DNA from: a bacterium
GTDB taxonomy: Bacteria; UBA8248
NCBI GenBank assembly: GCA_965199855.1
Contig: OZ241326.1
Span: forward strand, 2,496,001-2,560,000
DNA: 64,000 bases
Reading direction: 5' to 3'
Under the pieces are notes generated by a model. That model was not told where the DNA came from and searched no databases. It saw nothing but the letters and a program-made list of their open reading frames with translations. Shown here in pieces: positions 28,980 through 41,807 of the stretch; positions within the stretch are counted from its first letter, which is position 1; the number at the start of each line of letters is the position of its first letter. Position numbers and translations under genes: made by a program.

Positions 28980-30206
28980 CTACTCCGGGGAGATATCGCC
29001 CGTCTTTCCCATAAACGGCAGGGCGGTCGCCAGAAACGCGATCATCACCACCTCGGAATCGCCAAAATTGTATTCAAACACCCCCGCGCTCAGGAAGGCG
29101 GCGGCGGAGGCCAGACCGCCCACCATCCGAAACCGCGTTCCGAAGGGCTGCGGCCCCGCGTCCCGCATTCGCCGAATCACCAGGATGAAATACCCGACCC
29201 ACGCCCAAATCCAGGCGCCCAGGGCGAAAACGCCCCGCTCGGCGGCCAGGTGCGCCACGTTGTTGTGCAGATGGCCGGTGGACTTCTTGATCGCCCCGGG
29301 GTTCGCGTATTGCCCGTAGCTGGCCTTGATCTGATCGGGGCCGAAGCCCAGCCATTTCCTGTCCATCCACATCCGGAAGCCGCTTTCCCACATGTACAGC
29401 CGCTCCACGGCCGTCGCGTCCCGGGGGTTCATGATGCTCTTCGCGCGCCGGCGAACGGAATCGGGCGCCAGGAACACCGTCAATACCGCCACCATCGCCA
29501 GGAACAGGACGGCCTTCCTGCTCCGGCTCGCCGCGGCGATCACCGCCATCCCCACGGCGAAGCCGACCCATGCGTTGCGGCTGAAGGTGCTCGCCAGCGC
29601 CGCGATGATCAGCAGGGCCAGCGCCCATATCCAGGCGTCCCTCCATCCCCGGGAGGACGTGAAGAGCCAGGAAAGCGCCAGAGCGGCGACCAGGAGCAGG
29701 AAGCCGCCGAGCGTCATGTAGATGCTGAAAAAGCCCGACATCCGGTTGAGCAGCGAGAAGGGCAGCCGTAGCCAGACGACGAGGGTCCACAGAGCGGCCG
29801 CGCCCGCGGCGAGAAAGAGCGCCTTCGCCAGCCAAAGCGCCTCCCGGTCGTCCTCGACCACGTTGAGCGCCAGATAAAAAATCAGTATCTGGCTCAGCTC
29901 CCTGGACTGGATGAGGCCCTTCACCGAATCGTCGGAATGAAAGGCGCTCGCGAGGGTCAGGATCGCGAAGAGGAGCCAGGGTCTCCACAGCGGAAACCTC
30001 TGGGCGAGCAGGGGGGCCTGCCCCCTCGCGCCCATGGAGGCGAGCCACGCCGCGATGGCCGTGAAGACGCATATCTGGGCGAGGGATATCGAAAACGGCG
30101 CGCTGACGGCGAAGCCGAAAAGTCCGCCGAACGCTACGCGGGAGAGCGGGGAGCGCCTGCGGAAGCGCCCGCCCAGATCGATGAAGGAGGCTCTCAATTC
30201 ATCCAT
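28980..30206 (-). CDS. O-antigen ligase (WaaL/Wzy_C) family protein
   Basis: TFSRNAW, ERLYMW, GFGP and HLHN motifs, multiple TM helices. Confidence 0.85.
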   Translation of the reverse strand: MDELRASFIDLGGRFRRRSPLSRVAFGGLFGFAVSAPFSISLAQICVFTAIAAWLASMGARGQAPLLAQRFPLWRPWLLFAILTLASAFHSDDSVKGLIQSRELSQILIFYLALNVVEDDREALWLAKALFLAAGAAALWTLVVWLRLPFSLLNRMSGFFSIYMTLGGFLLLVAALALSWLFTSSRGWRDAWIWALALLIIAALASTFSRNAWVGFAVGMAVIAAASRSRKAVLFLAMVAVLTVFLAPDSVRRRAKSIMNPRDATAVERLYMWESGFRMWMDRKWLGFGPDQIKASYGQYANPGAIKKSTGHLHNNVAHLAAERGVFALGAWIWAWVGYFILVIRRMRDAGPQPFGTRFRMVGGLASAAAFLSAGVFEYNFGDSEVVMIAFLATALPFMGKTGDISPE

Positions 30207-31017
30207 GAGCTCGCTTCCTGCCGGGATCGAACGCGCTTCGATAGGCGCGGACGACCCTCTTGTATTGGCGTTTGAAAAGAACTCGCTTCCGCAGGATATC
30301 CTCCATGCGCCTTGTGAACCGAAGCAATCTGGCCATCCGGCCGGAAGATGAATCCACGATGAAATGCTCCCCGATATCACTCTCCATCTCCACGTCGTGG
30401 TCGGCAAGCGGCGGAACAATCGTTCCCTCCAGAAAGCCGGTGCCCCACCAGCGGCGCAGGAGGGTGTCTATCGGCATCTGGACGCGCCCATGGCCCAGTA
30501 TTCGAGCGGCGGCTCGCTCATTGATTACGTATGCGGAACTCCCGTCAAGACTGCCGTATTTCTTAAGACGGATCTGACGGTCGGCGCCTATCGGTCCGAC
30601 GGGCAGGGAGGGCATGTCCGGTCGCCTGTCCTCCAGCATGAGAATGTCGAACTCCCGGGCCGCCATGCGCAACTGCTCAAGATACGCGGGAAGCTCTTCG
30701 GAGAGGATCGCGTCATCCTCCAATATGAGGACGCATTTTTCGCCCCTTCCCAGCATCGCTCGATAGACGTTCAGATGGGCGAGATAGCATCCAATCTGCC
30801 CGGCGGAAGGGAGGGTCCCGTGATGATAGATTTGCGCTATCCTCCGCTGCGTTTTCAGATCGCGCAAAGTCGCCAGGACTTCCTCGCTCTCCCCGCGAAG
30901 ATCCACTCCGTCAATCCAGGAAAAATCCAGCCCCAAAGCCTCGAGTCGAGACCGCATTCGGGCGCGCCTGTCCTTGGCCGTTTTCAGGGAGATGACGAAG
31001 ATTCGCATCCGCTTCAC
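30199..31017 (-). CDS. Glycosyltransferase family 25 (LPS/LOS biosynthesis)
   Basis: FVISL...RR, GCYLAH, ILEDDA and AYVI...AA motifs. Confidence 0.9.
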   Translation of the reverse strand: MKRMRIFVISLKTAKDRRARMRSRLEALGLDFSWIDGVDLRGESEEVLATLRDLKTQRRIAQIYHHGTLPSAGQIGCYLAHLNVYRAMLGRGEKCVLILEDDAILSEELPAYLEQLRMAAREFDILMLEDRRPDMPSLPVGPIGADRQIRLKKYGSLDGSSAYVINERAAARILGHGRVQMPIDTLLRRWWGTGFLEGTIVPPLADHDVEMESDIGEHFIVDSSSGRMARLLRFTRRMEDILRKRVLFKRQYKRVVRAYRSAFDPGRKRAHG

Positions 31018-31093
31018 TCCTCAACGCTTGAGCGTCTCAACAGCTTCGGCCGGCCGCGCAGGGTTCGACAACTTCCGCGCCGCGCCGGAATCT

Positions 31094-32245
31094 TCAGGAG
31101 CCGCGGCCTCTCGATTCGATAATTTCCCGATAAAGCCTTTCGGTCGCGTCGGCGTTCGCCCGCCAGGTGAATTTCAGCGAAAGCGCGCGCGCCGCCGCGC
31201 CCATGGCGGCCGCTTTCTCCTCATCCATGCACAGGCAGAGGAGGCGCGCAATCTCGTCCGCGTCCGTCGGGTCGTCGAGAACGAAGCCCTCCTTCCCGTC
31301 GGTGATGATTTCCGCCGCGCCGCTTCTCGATGAAAACACGCAAGGCAGGCCGCTCGCCATCGCTTCGAGGTAAGTGCTTCCAAAAGGCTCATACAGGGAA
31401 GGAAGCGCGAAGGCGTCCGCCGCGCGATAGAGCAGGGCCGTGGGCACGTCGTCATCCACGAAGCGAAACCGCTCCCCCACGCCACGCGAGCGAGCGAGCC
31501 GCTCGCAGGCGCCCCTCGCGCCCCGGCCGCGCGCCAGCAGGCGAGGCGTCCTGCCGCCTCGCGGGCTTTTCATCCCGGCGAGGCCCTCTATCAGATGGCG
31601 CAGCCCCTTCCTGAAAAAACCGGTTCCCACGTAGAGCGCGGCGAAGTCGCTCTCCGCCAGGCCGATTCTGTTCCTTATCTCCTCGCGCTCCGACGCTTCC
31701 GGCGGCCGGAACTCCTCGGCGTCCACGCTGTTGTAGATGACGGGAACTTTCCTCAGCCCGAAATGCCTCTCGACCTCCGCGGCCCCTTTTCGGCTGATGG
31801 CCGTCACTATCTTCGCTCCGCCCCCGCCCATGAGGTTTTCCTCGAGCCCCAGAAGGACTTTGTGGAGCGGGTCCAGGCTTCTGACGAACCTCGCCCAGGG
31901 CGAAAGGCGCGGGGAGGACGCGCGCAGCCACTCGCGATGCAGCCCCTCCTCCGCATGATAGACGTCGCACCTGTTGATCCGAGCGCATGAGTGGCTGACG
32001 TCGAATCGTTCGTTTTCCAGAATTTCGTCCACCCCTCTTGCGAACGAGCGGATCTTCAAGAAGGAGAAAAGCCCCGAGACGCGCACGGGGTGAAACCGGA
32101 TGGAAGGAGCAGGGAGCTCGGGGCATCTTCTTGCGATGACGTGAACCTCATGCCCCCGGGCGTCCATCTCTTTGGACAAGTGCCAGACGTAGCGCTCCAC
32201 CCCGCCATGGCGATGCACGGCGGGGCAGATCATCGCGATTTTCAC
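31094..32245 (-). CDS. Glycosyltransferase family 4 (WaaG-like)
   Basis: GGVERY, RKG and PSLYEPFG...LEAMASG motifs. Confidence 0.9.
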   Translation of the reverse strand: MKIAMICPAVHRHGGVERYVWHLSKEMDARGHEVHVIARRCPELPAPSIRFHPVRVSGLFSFLKIRSFARGVDEILENERFDVSHSCARINRCDVYHAEEGLHREWLRASSPRLSPWARFVRSLDPLHKVLLGLEENLMGGGGAKIVTAISRKGAAEVERHFGLRKVPVIYNSVDAEEFRPPEASEREEIRNRIGLAESDFAALYVGTGFFRKGLRHLIEGLAGMKSPRGGRTPRLLARGRGARGACERLARSRGVGERFRFVDDDVPTALLYRAADAFALPSLYEPFGSTYLEAMASGLPCVFSSRSGAAEIITDGKEGFVLDDPTDADEIARLLCLCMDEEKAAAMGAAARALSLKFTWRANADATERLYREIIESRGRGS

Positions 32246-33458
32246 GAGAAGCGGGCCTCCGGCGAGGCGGAGGCGCGGCCTTTCGAGCGGATGACTTCAC
32301 GGTAAATCTCCGCCATCCGGCGCGCCGCGACGCCCTGGTCGAACTCGCGCTCGGCGCGCGCGCGGGCGGAGCGGCCCATGGAGCGCGCCAGGTCGGGGTT
32401 TGAAATGAGCCTCTCGACAGCGGCGGACAGCGCCTCCTCATCCCCCGGCGGAACAAGAAGGCCCTCCTTTTCGTGGCGGACGATTTCATCGACGCATCCC
32501 ACGCGGCTGGCCACGACGGGCCTGCCCGCCGCGAGGTAGTCGAACAGCGTCCGGCTCGTCCCCTCCGAGCGGAGGGAGGGAAACGCCAGAACGTCGCAGG
32601 CGGCGAGCGCGTCTGAAAGCGAGGGAAGAAACCCCGTGAACGCGACCCGCTTCTCCACGCCCAACTCCGCCGCCATTCGCCGCAGGGGGTCGGCGTCCTC
32701 CCCCTCCCCGATCACGATCGCCCAGAGGGATTTTTCCCGAATCAGCCGCGCCGCCGCGCGCAGGAACACGTCCTGTCCCTTGATCCAGAACATGACGCTG
32801 CCCGCCACGCCCACCAGGGGGACGCCGCGAGGAATGCCCCGGGAATCCCGAAACTCCGCCCCCGCGGCTTCGGGATCGTAGGCGGAAGCGTCCGCGCCGC
32901 CCATCACCGTGAAAAACGAGCCGCCGGCGAACGCCCCGTCCCCGACGTATCCCTTCCGGATTTTCTCGGCCACCGCCACGGTCGCGTCCGTGGCCGAAGC
33001 GTAAAGCCACCGGTTCAGCAGGTGGCGGCTCACCGGCCGCAGGATGTGGCGGCTTCGCACCAGGGCGGGGCCGCGCCTTCCCGACAGGGCGGCGGCGGCG
33101 AGCCAGTGCTCGACGCCCCTGTGCGCGTGCGCGGCGTCCACCTCCCTTTCGCGCGCGATCCTCCTTATCTTGGCTATGTCCCTCAGATAGCTGGCGGGCC
33201 TGAAATTCCCGCTCGCCTCGATGAAGTCGATTTCCTCCACGCCCGCCGCGCGAATGCGCTCGGCGACTTCGCGTCCCCCCTCGACGCCGCGGCAGAGCAT
33301 CATCACGCGATGGCCTTCCGCCTGAAGCCCCAGCGTGAGGCGCATGGCCGCCCAGGCGTCCGAACTCCAGCCCCGGCAGGTCATGATCTGCAGCACGGAG
33401 AGCGGACGCCCGTCCTCCCCCGGCAGGCTGCGCGGCGGCGTTCGCAGGGCGCGGGCGG

Positions 33459-33462
<4 letters not shown>
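32242..33462 (-). CDS. Glycosyltransferase family 4
   Basis: IKGQD and PSLRSEG...AAGRPVV GT-B motifs. Confidence 0.88.
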
Positions 33463-35248
<1,786 letters not shown>

Positions 35249-35252
<4 letters not shown>

Positions 35253-36424
35253 CCGAAATCCTCTTCAAGATTCAGTTCCGGCTCCGTGCGCAGAGTCCGG
35301 GCATAGACCCGCTCCACGAGCTCGGCGCGCCGGGCGCGGTCGTAGAGCCTCTCGACCCGCTCCCGGCCCGCGCGCCCATACGCGGCGCGGAGCCGCTCAT
35401 CCGCCAGAAGCGCCCTGAACGCGGAGGCCATCAGGTCCGCAGCGTCGGGCGCGCCCAAAGGGACGACCCGCGCCGTCTCGCCCGCCTCGACGATTTCATC
35501 CAGGCCGTTCTTGTCCGTCACGACGCAGGGAAGGCCCGTTGCCATCGCTTCGAGCGCCGCGCGGCAAGTTCCCTCGGAACCCGGCGACATGAGCGCGAAC
35601 ACGTCCAGGGCGGCGAGCGCCTCCGCCAGATCGTCCCCGCGGTAGCCGTGAAAATCCACCCGATCCCGAATCCCCAGCTCCCGCGCCCTCTCCTTCAGGC
35701 GCGGCAGAAACTCGCCCCGGCCGATGACCGCGAGGCGAACGTCGGGCGCCTCTTCCGCGACCTTGCGAAACGCCGCCAGCAATTCGCAAAGTTCCCTGTC
35801 GGCGGCGAGGCGCGTCACCGTGCCGATCAGCAGGGCGTCGGCCGGGGCGTTCAGCAGCTCCCGCCCCGCGGCTCGGGCCTCCGCGTCGGCCGGCCGGAAC
35901 CTCCGCAAATCCACTCCCCCCGAGACCACGTGAACCATGTCGGGAGGGGGGGCAACGCGCTTCGAGAGCAGATTCGCCAGATAGCGGCTCACCGGTATCA
36001 AGGCGTCGGCCGCGCGGGCGAGCAGATACTTCGACGCCAAGCCCCCGCCTACCGCCCGGGGGTGGTGGACGCTGCGGATCAGCCGCGCATCCTGACGCGC
36101 GAATTCGAGGGCGAGATGCGCCAGCCAGTGATCCGCCGTCAGATGGACGTGAACGACGTCGGCGCTCACCCGCCTCGTCAGAGCCGCCAGGCCGGAGACG
36201 AAGCGCCACGCTTTTTTCGGGTTCACGCTTCGCGTCGGCGCCAGCCCCGGGACGGGGGGCAGGCCCTCCTCCGCCGCCTTTTCCTCCAGACGCCCTCCGG
36301 GAACGCAGACGAATTCGACGCGATGCCCCCTTTTCGCCAGATCGGACGCCAGAAGCAGCGCGGGCTCCCCCGCTCCCGACCACCAGGGAGTGCCGACCAC
36401 CTGCACGACGCTCAGCTTCCGCAC
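35249..36424 (-). CDS. Glycosyltransferase family 4
   Basis: SEG...LEAMATGLP GT-B motif. Confidence 0.87.
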
Positions 36425-37521
36425 GTTGAAAGCACCTCTTCATACAGCGCCAGCGTATCGTCCACCATTTTATCGAGCGAAAACCACCTGCGCGCGTATT
36501 CGCGGCCCGAGCGGCCCATCTTCTCCCTGGCGGCCGGGTCGCGAAGCAGGCGCCGAACGCCGTCGGCGAGCGCGGAGGGGTCCCGGGCGGGCACGACTAC
36601 CCCGGCGCCGGAGGGCTTCAATGCTTCGGGCACGCCGCCGACGTCGGTGCCCACGATGGGAAGCCCCATCGCCATGCCCTGAAGGGCGACCTGGGGAATG
36701 CCCTCGGTTCTGGTGGAGGCGATCACCAGCACGTCGAGGCCGGCCATCACTTCGGGAACGTCCGTTCGGTATCCGATGAAGGAGACAGCGCCGTTCAGCA
36801 GGCCGAGGCGCGCGGCCTCCGCCTCATACGTCGCCCGCCCCTCCCCGCTCCCCCCGATAAAGAATTTCGCCTCGCACCCTTCGTCTTTCAGCAGGCGCGC
36901 CGCCGCCAGAAACTCCTCATGCCCCTTGCTGCCTCTGAGCTGCGCCATGATGCCCACGGCGAGCGCGTCCCCTTCCAGCCCCGCTTCCCTGCGGAAGCCC
37001 TCGCCCGTCACGCCCTCGTGAAAGCGCCTGAAGTCCACGCCCGTCGGCAGCACCTTCACCCGCCCGGGCGCGCACGCCTTCGAGTCGATCAGGAGGCTGC
37101 GGGTCAGATCGGCCGTCGTCATGATTCGGCGCGGAAAGCGATACACCCAGTTCAGCCCGTGCGAACTCACGGGGATGGAGACGTGACGGGTTCTGACCAC
37201 GGGCACGCCGAGCATCCTGCCCGCGACGCCTCCGAGCCAGGAGTCCTTGCTGCTGTGCGTGTGAATCAAATTCGGGCGGCGCCTGCGAATCAGCCCGGCG
37301 AGCCCGCGCAGCGCCAGCGCGTCCCAGGAAGTCCTCATGCGCATCGGCTCGAAAGGCACGCCCGCCTCGTCCGCCTCTTTCCTGAGCCTGCCGTCCGGCT
37401 GTCCGACGAGCAGAACCTCGTGCCCGCGCTCGATGAGGGAGGCGGCTTCCAGCAGGATTCTCTTCTCCTGACCGCCCAGTCCCCGGGAGGCTTCCGTATG
37501 AACGACGCTAAGGGCGCTCAC
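36412..37521 (-). CDS. Glycosyltransferase family 4
   Basis: GGQEKR, HTHSS, KGH and TEGIPQVALQGMA motifs. GTG start at 37521. Confidence 0.88.
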   Translation of the reverse strand: MSALSVVHTEASRGLGGQEKRILLEAASLIERGHEVLLVGQPDGRLRKEADEAGVPFEPMRMRTSWDALALRGLAGLIRRRRPNLIHTHSSKDSWLGGVAGRMLGVPVVRTRHVSIPVSSHGLNWVYRFPRRIMTTADLTRSLLIDSKACAPGRVKVLPTGVDFRRFHEGVTGEGFRREAGLEGDALAVGIMAQLRGSKGHEEFLAAARLLKDEGCEAKFFIGGSGEGRATYEAEAARLGLLNGAVSFIGYRTDVPEVMAGLDVLVIASTRTEGIPQVALQGMAMGLPIVGTDVGGVPEALKPSGAGVVVPARDPSALADGVRRLLRDPAAREKMGRSGREYARRWFSLDKMVDDTLALYEEVLSTCGS

Positions 37522-38332
37522 GTCTTCTGCACAGCTCCCACAAGAAGGCGGCGCGCATGAACACGTAGCAGGCGGAGCCGGCGGACGCCCACAACCCCTC
37601 GACACCGTCCCGAAAGCCCATCTTCAGGATATAGCTCCTGAAAAAGCGCCAAAGCGGGCGGATGAGAAAATCATCCATCCCGGGCCGCTCCTCCCTGGAG
37701 AACAGGTCTTCCGCCGACAAGCGGGCGTATTTCAGCTGTCTTTGGAAAAAATCCGGGAGATCGTCATAACTGCGGTGCTCCAGTGGGGCGGAAAGCGCTC
37801 CCACCCGCCCCCGCACCACGACGGATTCATGTACGCTCCGCTCGTTGAACGCTCCCGCGCCGCGCCGGAACAGGCGCATCTGATAATCCGGCCAAAGATC
37901 GCCATGACGGAGCCAGCGGCCGAAAAAGATGTTTTTCCGGGGCACGCGATACCCCGCCGCCGGAGCGTCGGCCGACAAAACGGCGAAGATCTCCTTTTCA
38001 AGCTCGGGACTCACGCATTCGTCCGCGTCCAGACTCAATATCCAGGAATGACTCGCTTGGGAGAGGGCGAAGTTTTTTTGAGCGGAATAGCCCCGCCAGG
38101 GATGATGAATGACGGCCGCGCCGCGTTCCCGGCATATTTCGCGGGTGTCGTCCACGCTGCCTGAATCCACGACGACAATCTCATCCGCCCAGGAAACGCT
38201 GTCGATGCACGCGCCGATGCGCGGCGCCTCGTTGTGAGCGACAATCGCGACGCTGAGCGGCCTTCTGACCGATCCGGACGCGGGCGTCATCCCCGCGTCG
38301 GCTTCGGCGGGCGCTTCCGCCAGGCCGGACAT
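37508..38332 (-). CDS. Glycosyltransferase family 2 (WaaE/KdtX-like)
   Basis: NEA, VVDSGSVD, QKN, WILSLDADE, VHE and GFRDG motifs. Confidence 0.9.
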   Translation of the reverse strand: MSGLAEAPAEADAGMTPASGSVRRPLSVAIVAHNEAPRIGACIDSVSWADEIVVVDSGSVDDTREICRERGAAVIHHPWRGYSAQKNFALSQASHSWILSLDADECVSPELEKEIFAVLSADAPAAGYRVPRKNIFFGRWLRHGDLWPDYQMRLFRRGAGAFNERSVHESVVVRGRVGALSAPLEHRSYDDLPDFFQRQLKYARLSAEDLFSREERPGMDDFLIRPLWRFFRSYILKMGFRDGVEGLWASAGSACYVFMRAAFLWELCRRRERP

Positions 38333-38334
38333 CC

Positions 38335-38535
38335 CTATCCGCCTTTCCCCTGGCTTTTCTCCCACTCCTCAAGCGGGATGGCCTCGTCCACGAGCATGAT
38401 GGGGATGTCGTCTTCGATTTTATAGACCAGCCCCGATTCCCGGGCGATCAGGAAATTCCCGTCCTCGCTCAGCTCGAGCGGGGTCTTGGTGACGGGACAC
38501 GCCAATATCTCCAGCAACTCCTTGTCCACGCTCAT
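38335..38535 (-). CDS. Trm112/YcaR family protein
   Basis: MSVDKELLEILACPVTK...YKIEDDIPIMLVDEA. Confidence 0.9.
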   Translation of the reverse strand: MSVDKELLEILACPVTKTPLELSEDGNFLIARESGLVYKIEDDIPIMLVDEAIPLEEWEKSQGKGG

Positions 38536-38660
38536 CTTTCGCTCGTCTCCATTCTCTCGCCAAGGCGCCGATGCGGCGGCCGCGCATTCAAGCCGATGAC
38601 GGCGCTCGTCCCGAAATCCACAATCCCCCCGATTCGGAAAGCTCCGCCATTCTCGCATAT

Positions 38661-39725
38661 TCAGCCATGTTTTTCATCGCCCCGGAGCAGGCGGTTCATT
38701 CCGTCTATCGCCTCCTCGACCTTCACGCGATCCAGACACTCGACATCGGGACACTTCCTCGCGTAGCAGCCGCTGCAGGCGAGACGATGATGCAAAACGA
38801 AGCGTCCCCCCGGCCCCCAAGGGCCGTTTCTGACGGGTTCCGTGGGACCCATGATCGCCAGACATCGCACGCCCATCGCGGCGGCGAGGTGCATGGGGCC
38901 CGAGTCGCCGCCCGCGAAGCAGTCACCGCGCCGGATCAGCGCCATCATCTCCCGAACGCTCGTCGCGGGCGCGACGCGAGGACGCGCCCGCATGGCGCTC
39001 TCCACCTCCTCCGCGATCCTCCGCTCATCCGGCCCCCATATCAGGAGAACCCCTCCCGCCCCGCTTTCCATCCAATGATCGGCAAGCCCCGCGAACCGGG
39101 CGGGCGCCCAGCGCTTCGTCGCCCATCCGCCCCCCGGGTGAATCACCAGCAAGGGGCGATCGTCCGCGCAGCCCGCGCTCTCCAGATATTTTTCCGCCTG
39201 CTCCGCCTCCCGCCGCGTCTCGTGAAGGGGAAAGCGGAATTTCTCCTTCGGCGGAACGGGCAGGCCCAGGGGTCTCAGGAGAGACAGGTTTTTCTCGACC
39301 ACGTGATGCGGGTTCTCGGGAGGAAGCGCCTGATGCGTGGTGAAGAGGACGTTCATGCCCTCCCTGCAGGAGCGATGCTCGAAGCCCACGCGCATCGGGG
39401 CTCCCGACGCCCGCGTCACCAGGCCGCTCTTGACAAGCCCCTGGGCGTCGAGCGCCACGTCGGCGTTCACGCTCCTCACGGCGCGCAGATCCCGCCTCAA
39501 GGCGGAGAAGCCGCCGGCGGGCGGGCTCCTTCGCCACGCCCCGGGGTCTATGATCAAAACTTCGTCTATATCCGGATTTTCAAGAAGCACGTCCGCCGCG
39601 CCCGGCCCGACCGCCCACGCGATATGGGCGCCGGGCCGCGCGTCCCTGATGGCCGCCGCCAGGGGAAGGGCGTGAACCACGTCGCCCATGGCGCCCAGAC
39701 GAACTATCAGGAAGCGCTCACCCAT
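38661..39725 (-). CDS. waaC: LPS heptosyltransferase I (GT9)
   Basis: [23 protein letters not shown]...KRW and DSGPMHLA motifs. Confidence 0.8.
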   Translation of the reverse strand: MGERFLIVRLGAMGDVVHALPLAAAIRDARPGAHIAWAVGPGAADVLLENPDIDEVLIIDPGAWRRSPPAGGFSALRRDLRAVRSVNADVALDAQGLVKSGLVTRASGAPMRVGFEHRSCREGMNVLFTTHQALPPENPHHVVEKNLSLLRPLGLPVPPKEKFRFPLHETRREAEQAEKYLESAGCADDRPLLVIHPGGGWATKRWAPARFAGLADHWMESGAGGVLLIWGPDERRIAEEVESAMRARPRVAPATSVREMMALIRRGDCFAGGDSGPMHLAAAMGVRCLAIMGPTEPVRNGPWGPGGRFVLHHRLACSGCYARKCPDVECLDRVKVEEAIDGMNRLLRGDEKHG

Positions 39726-40224
39726 CAGCGCCCGCGTTCCCGACGCGCGCGGCGAGCTCCGTGGAGGAATGCGCCTTCGGGTCTCCGCAAATGACGATTT
39801 CTCCGCCGTAGCTGCGCACCGTCTCGCGTTCGGGAACCGTCTCCGCCGTATAGTCCGTCCCCTTGGCGTGCACGTCGGGCCTGAGAGCGAGCAGGAGGCT
39901 CGACGCGTCGGGTTCATCGAAGAGCAGGAGGTAGTCGACCGACTCCAGGGCGGAGAGCGTCTCCAGCCGCTCGTCCTGCGGCGCATACGGCCGTCCCTCC
40001 CCTTTCAGGGCGCGGGCCGAGGCGTCGCTGTTGACCGCCACCACGAGAACGTCGCCCTTTTCCTTCGCGGCGCGGAGATGCCGCACGTGCCCGACGTGCA
40101 GAATGTCGAAGCAGCCGTTGGCGAGGACGACGCGCTCGTCCGCCTCGCGGCGCTTCTCAAGCGCGCTTCGCAGCGCGTCCAGCCGCATCCGCTTCCCCCG
40201 GCACGCATCGTCCCGGACGCTCAC
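39718..40224 (-). CDS. rfaE2: D-glycero-beta-D-manno-heptose 1-phosphate adenylyltransferase (stand-alone)
   Basis: [15 protein letters not shown], KGxxRP and KGTDY motifs. Confidence 0.88.
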   Translation of the reverse strand: MSVRDDACRGKRMRLDALRSALEKRREADERVVLANGCFDILHVGHVRHLRAAKEKGDVLVVAVNSDASARALKGEGRPYAPQDERLETLSALESVDYLLLFDEPDASSLLLALRPDVHAKGTDYTAETVPERETVRSYGGEIVICGDPKAHSSTELAARVGNAGADG

Positions 40225-41213
40225 GCACCGTCCTCCCCGAACGCGGACAGAAGTTCATGCGGCTCCACCACCGCCGTTCCCGCCTTCATCACCGCCAGGC
40301 CCGCCGCGCGATTCGCTATTTCCGCCGCCTCGCGCATCGGCGCGCCCGAGGCGAGGGAGAGCGTGAACGCGGCGATCACCGTGTCCCCCGCGCCGGTCAC
40401 GTCGACCGCACGCTCCGAGCCGTGAATGGGAATATCCGCCCGGGGAGAATTCTCCTCGAAGAGGCTCATTCCCTTGTCGCCCCGGGTGAGCAGCACCCCC
40501 CGGGCGCCCGTTTTCCGAAGCAGGGCGGCGCCCGCCTCATCCAGAGAATCCTCGTCGATCCGGCAGCCGAGCAGCGCCTCCGCTTCCTCTTCGTTGGGCG
40601 TGACGGCGGTGGCGCCCGAAAAGGAATTTCCCCCATACCGGCTGTCCACCGTGACGATGAAGCCCTCGGGCAGCCCTCCAATGGCCGCCTTCACGCCCTT
40701 CGTAAGAACTCCCAGCCCATAGTCGGAGACGATGAGGGCGTCCAGGCCGCCGCTTCCCATTCGCTCGACCTCCCGGATCATCCGGGATTCGAGCGCTCCG
40801 CTCAACTCCCGCTTCCATTCGCGATCCACGCGAATCACCTGCTGGCGCGCGGTGTTCCGGCCTCCCGCCATCACGCGCGTTTTCGTGGGCGTGACGCGCC
40901 CGGAATCCTCCCACAAAAGGCCGGCGTCCACCCCGCGCCCCTCCAGCGCGCGGCGGAGCTCCCCGCCCGCCTCGTCGGCGCCCAGGACGCCCACGGCGCG
41001 CGCGCGCCCGCCCAGGGCCGCCGCGTTCATCGCCGCGTTGCCCCCGCCGCCGGGAACGACCTCGCGGCCGAGGAAATCCAGAACGAGAACGGGCGCCTCT
41101 CTGCTGATGCGCGAGGTGGCGCCGTGGATGAATTCATCCGCTATGAAGTCCCCGAGCACGGCCACGCGCGCGGAGGAAAATTTCCGGATGCGATCCGCCG
41201 GGTTCAAGCCCAT
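40221..41213 (-). CDS. rfaE1: D-glycero-beta-D-manno-heptose-7-phosphate kinase (PfkB family, stand-alone)
   Basis: [15 protein letters not shown] and DVTGAGDT motifs. Confidence 0.88.
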   Translation of the reverse strand: MGLNPADRIRKFSSARVAVLGDFIADEFIHGATSRISREAPVLVLDFLGREVVPGGGGNAAMNAAALGGRARAVGVLGADEAGGELRRALEGRGVDAGLLWEDSGRVTPTKTRVMAGGRNTARQQVIRVDREWKRELSGALESRMIREVERMGSGGLDALIVSDYGLGVLTKGVKAAIGGLPEGFIVTVDSRYGGNSFSGATAVTPNEEEAEALLGCRIDEDSLDEAGAALLRKTGARGVLLTRGDKGMSLFEENSPRADIPIHGSERAVDVTGAGDTVIAAFTLSLASGAPMREAAEIANRAAGLAVMKAGTAVVEPHELLSAFGEDGA

Positions 41214-41214
41214 G

Positions 41215-41799
41215 CTAGCGATTCCCGCGCGCGCCCAAAACGATCTCCACCGCGTGGTAGGCGTCCTCGGCCACGAAGTCCGGCTGCCGGGGCCACCGCG
41301 CGCCGCGAAGCTCCCGCTCCCCTCGCCCATACCCCGTGAGCAGAAGGCCCGCCCCGCAGCCCGCGCGCCAGCCGGCCTCCAGGTCGGAGTATTTGTCCCC
41401 CAGCATGACGGATTTCTCCAAATCGACGCCGCGCTCCTCCCCCGCCTTCAGAATCATGCCGGGATAGGGCTTTCGCATCCTGCAGTCAATCGCGTAGGCG
41501 GGGACGTCTCCGTTCGGGGCGTGCGGGCAATAGTAGATCGCGTCGAGCCGCGCGCCTTCGGCGCGGAGTTCGTCCCGAAGCTTGCCGTGCGCCGCCTCCA
41601 CCATGGATTCCGGAAAATAGCCTCTGGCGACGCCCGCCTGGTTCGTAACCAGAATGGCGAGCCAGCCCGCCTCGTTCACCCTCCGGACGGCCGCCGCCGC
41701 CCTCGGCAGGAGTTCATATGCGTCGAGGTGGGTGACGTAGCCCACGTCGCGGTTCAGGGTTCCGTCCCTGTCGAAGAATACCGCAGGCTTTCCGGGCAT
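41215..41799 (-). CDS. gmhB: D,D-heptose 1,7-bisphosphate phosphatase
   Basis: FFDRDGT, TNQAG, CPH...CRMRKP and GDK motifs. Confidence 0.92.
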   Translation of the reverse strand: MPGKPAVFFDRDGTLNRDVGYVTHLDAYELLPRAAAAVRRVNEAGWLAILVTNQAGVARGYFPESMVEAAHGKLRDELRAEGARLDAIYYCPHAPNGDVPAYAIDCRMRKPYPGMILKAGEERGVDLEKSVMLGDKYSDLEAGWRAGCGAGLLLTGYGRGERELRGARWPRQPDFVAEDAYHAVEIVLGARGNR

Positions 41800-41807
41800 G
41801 GCTTCCT

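Noticed and set aside
38070-38082. T7 tract in the GT2 gene as a phase-variation site
   Set aside because: Short, in frame, and encodes the conserved QKN motif.
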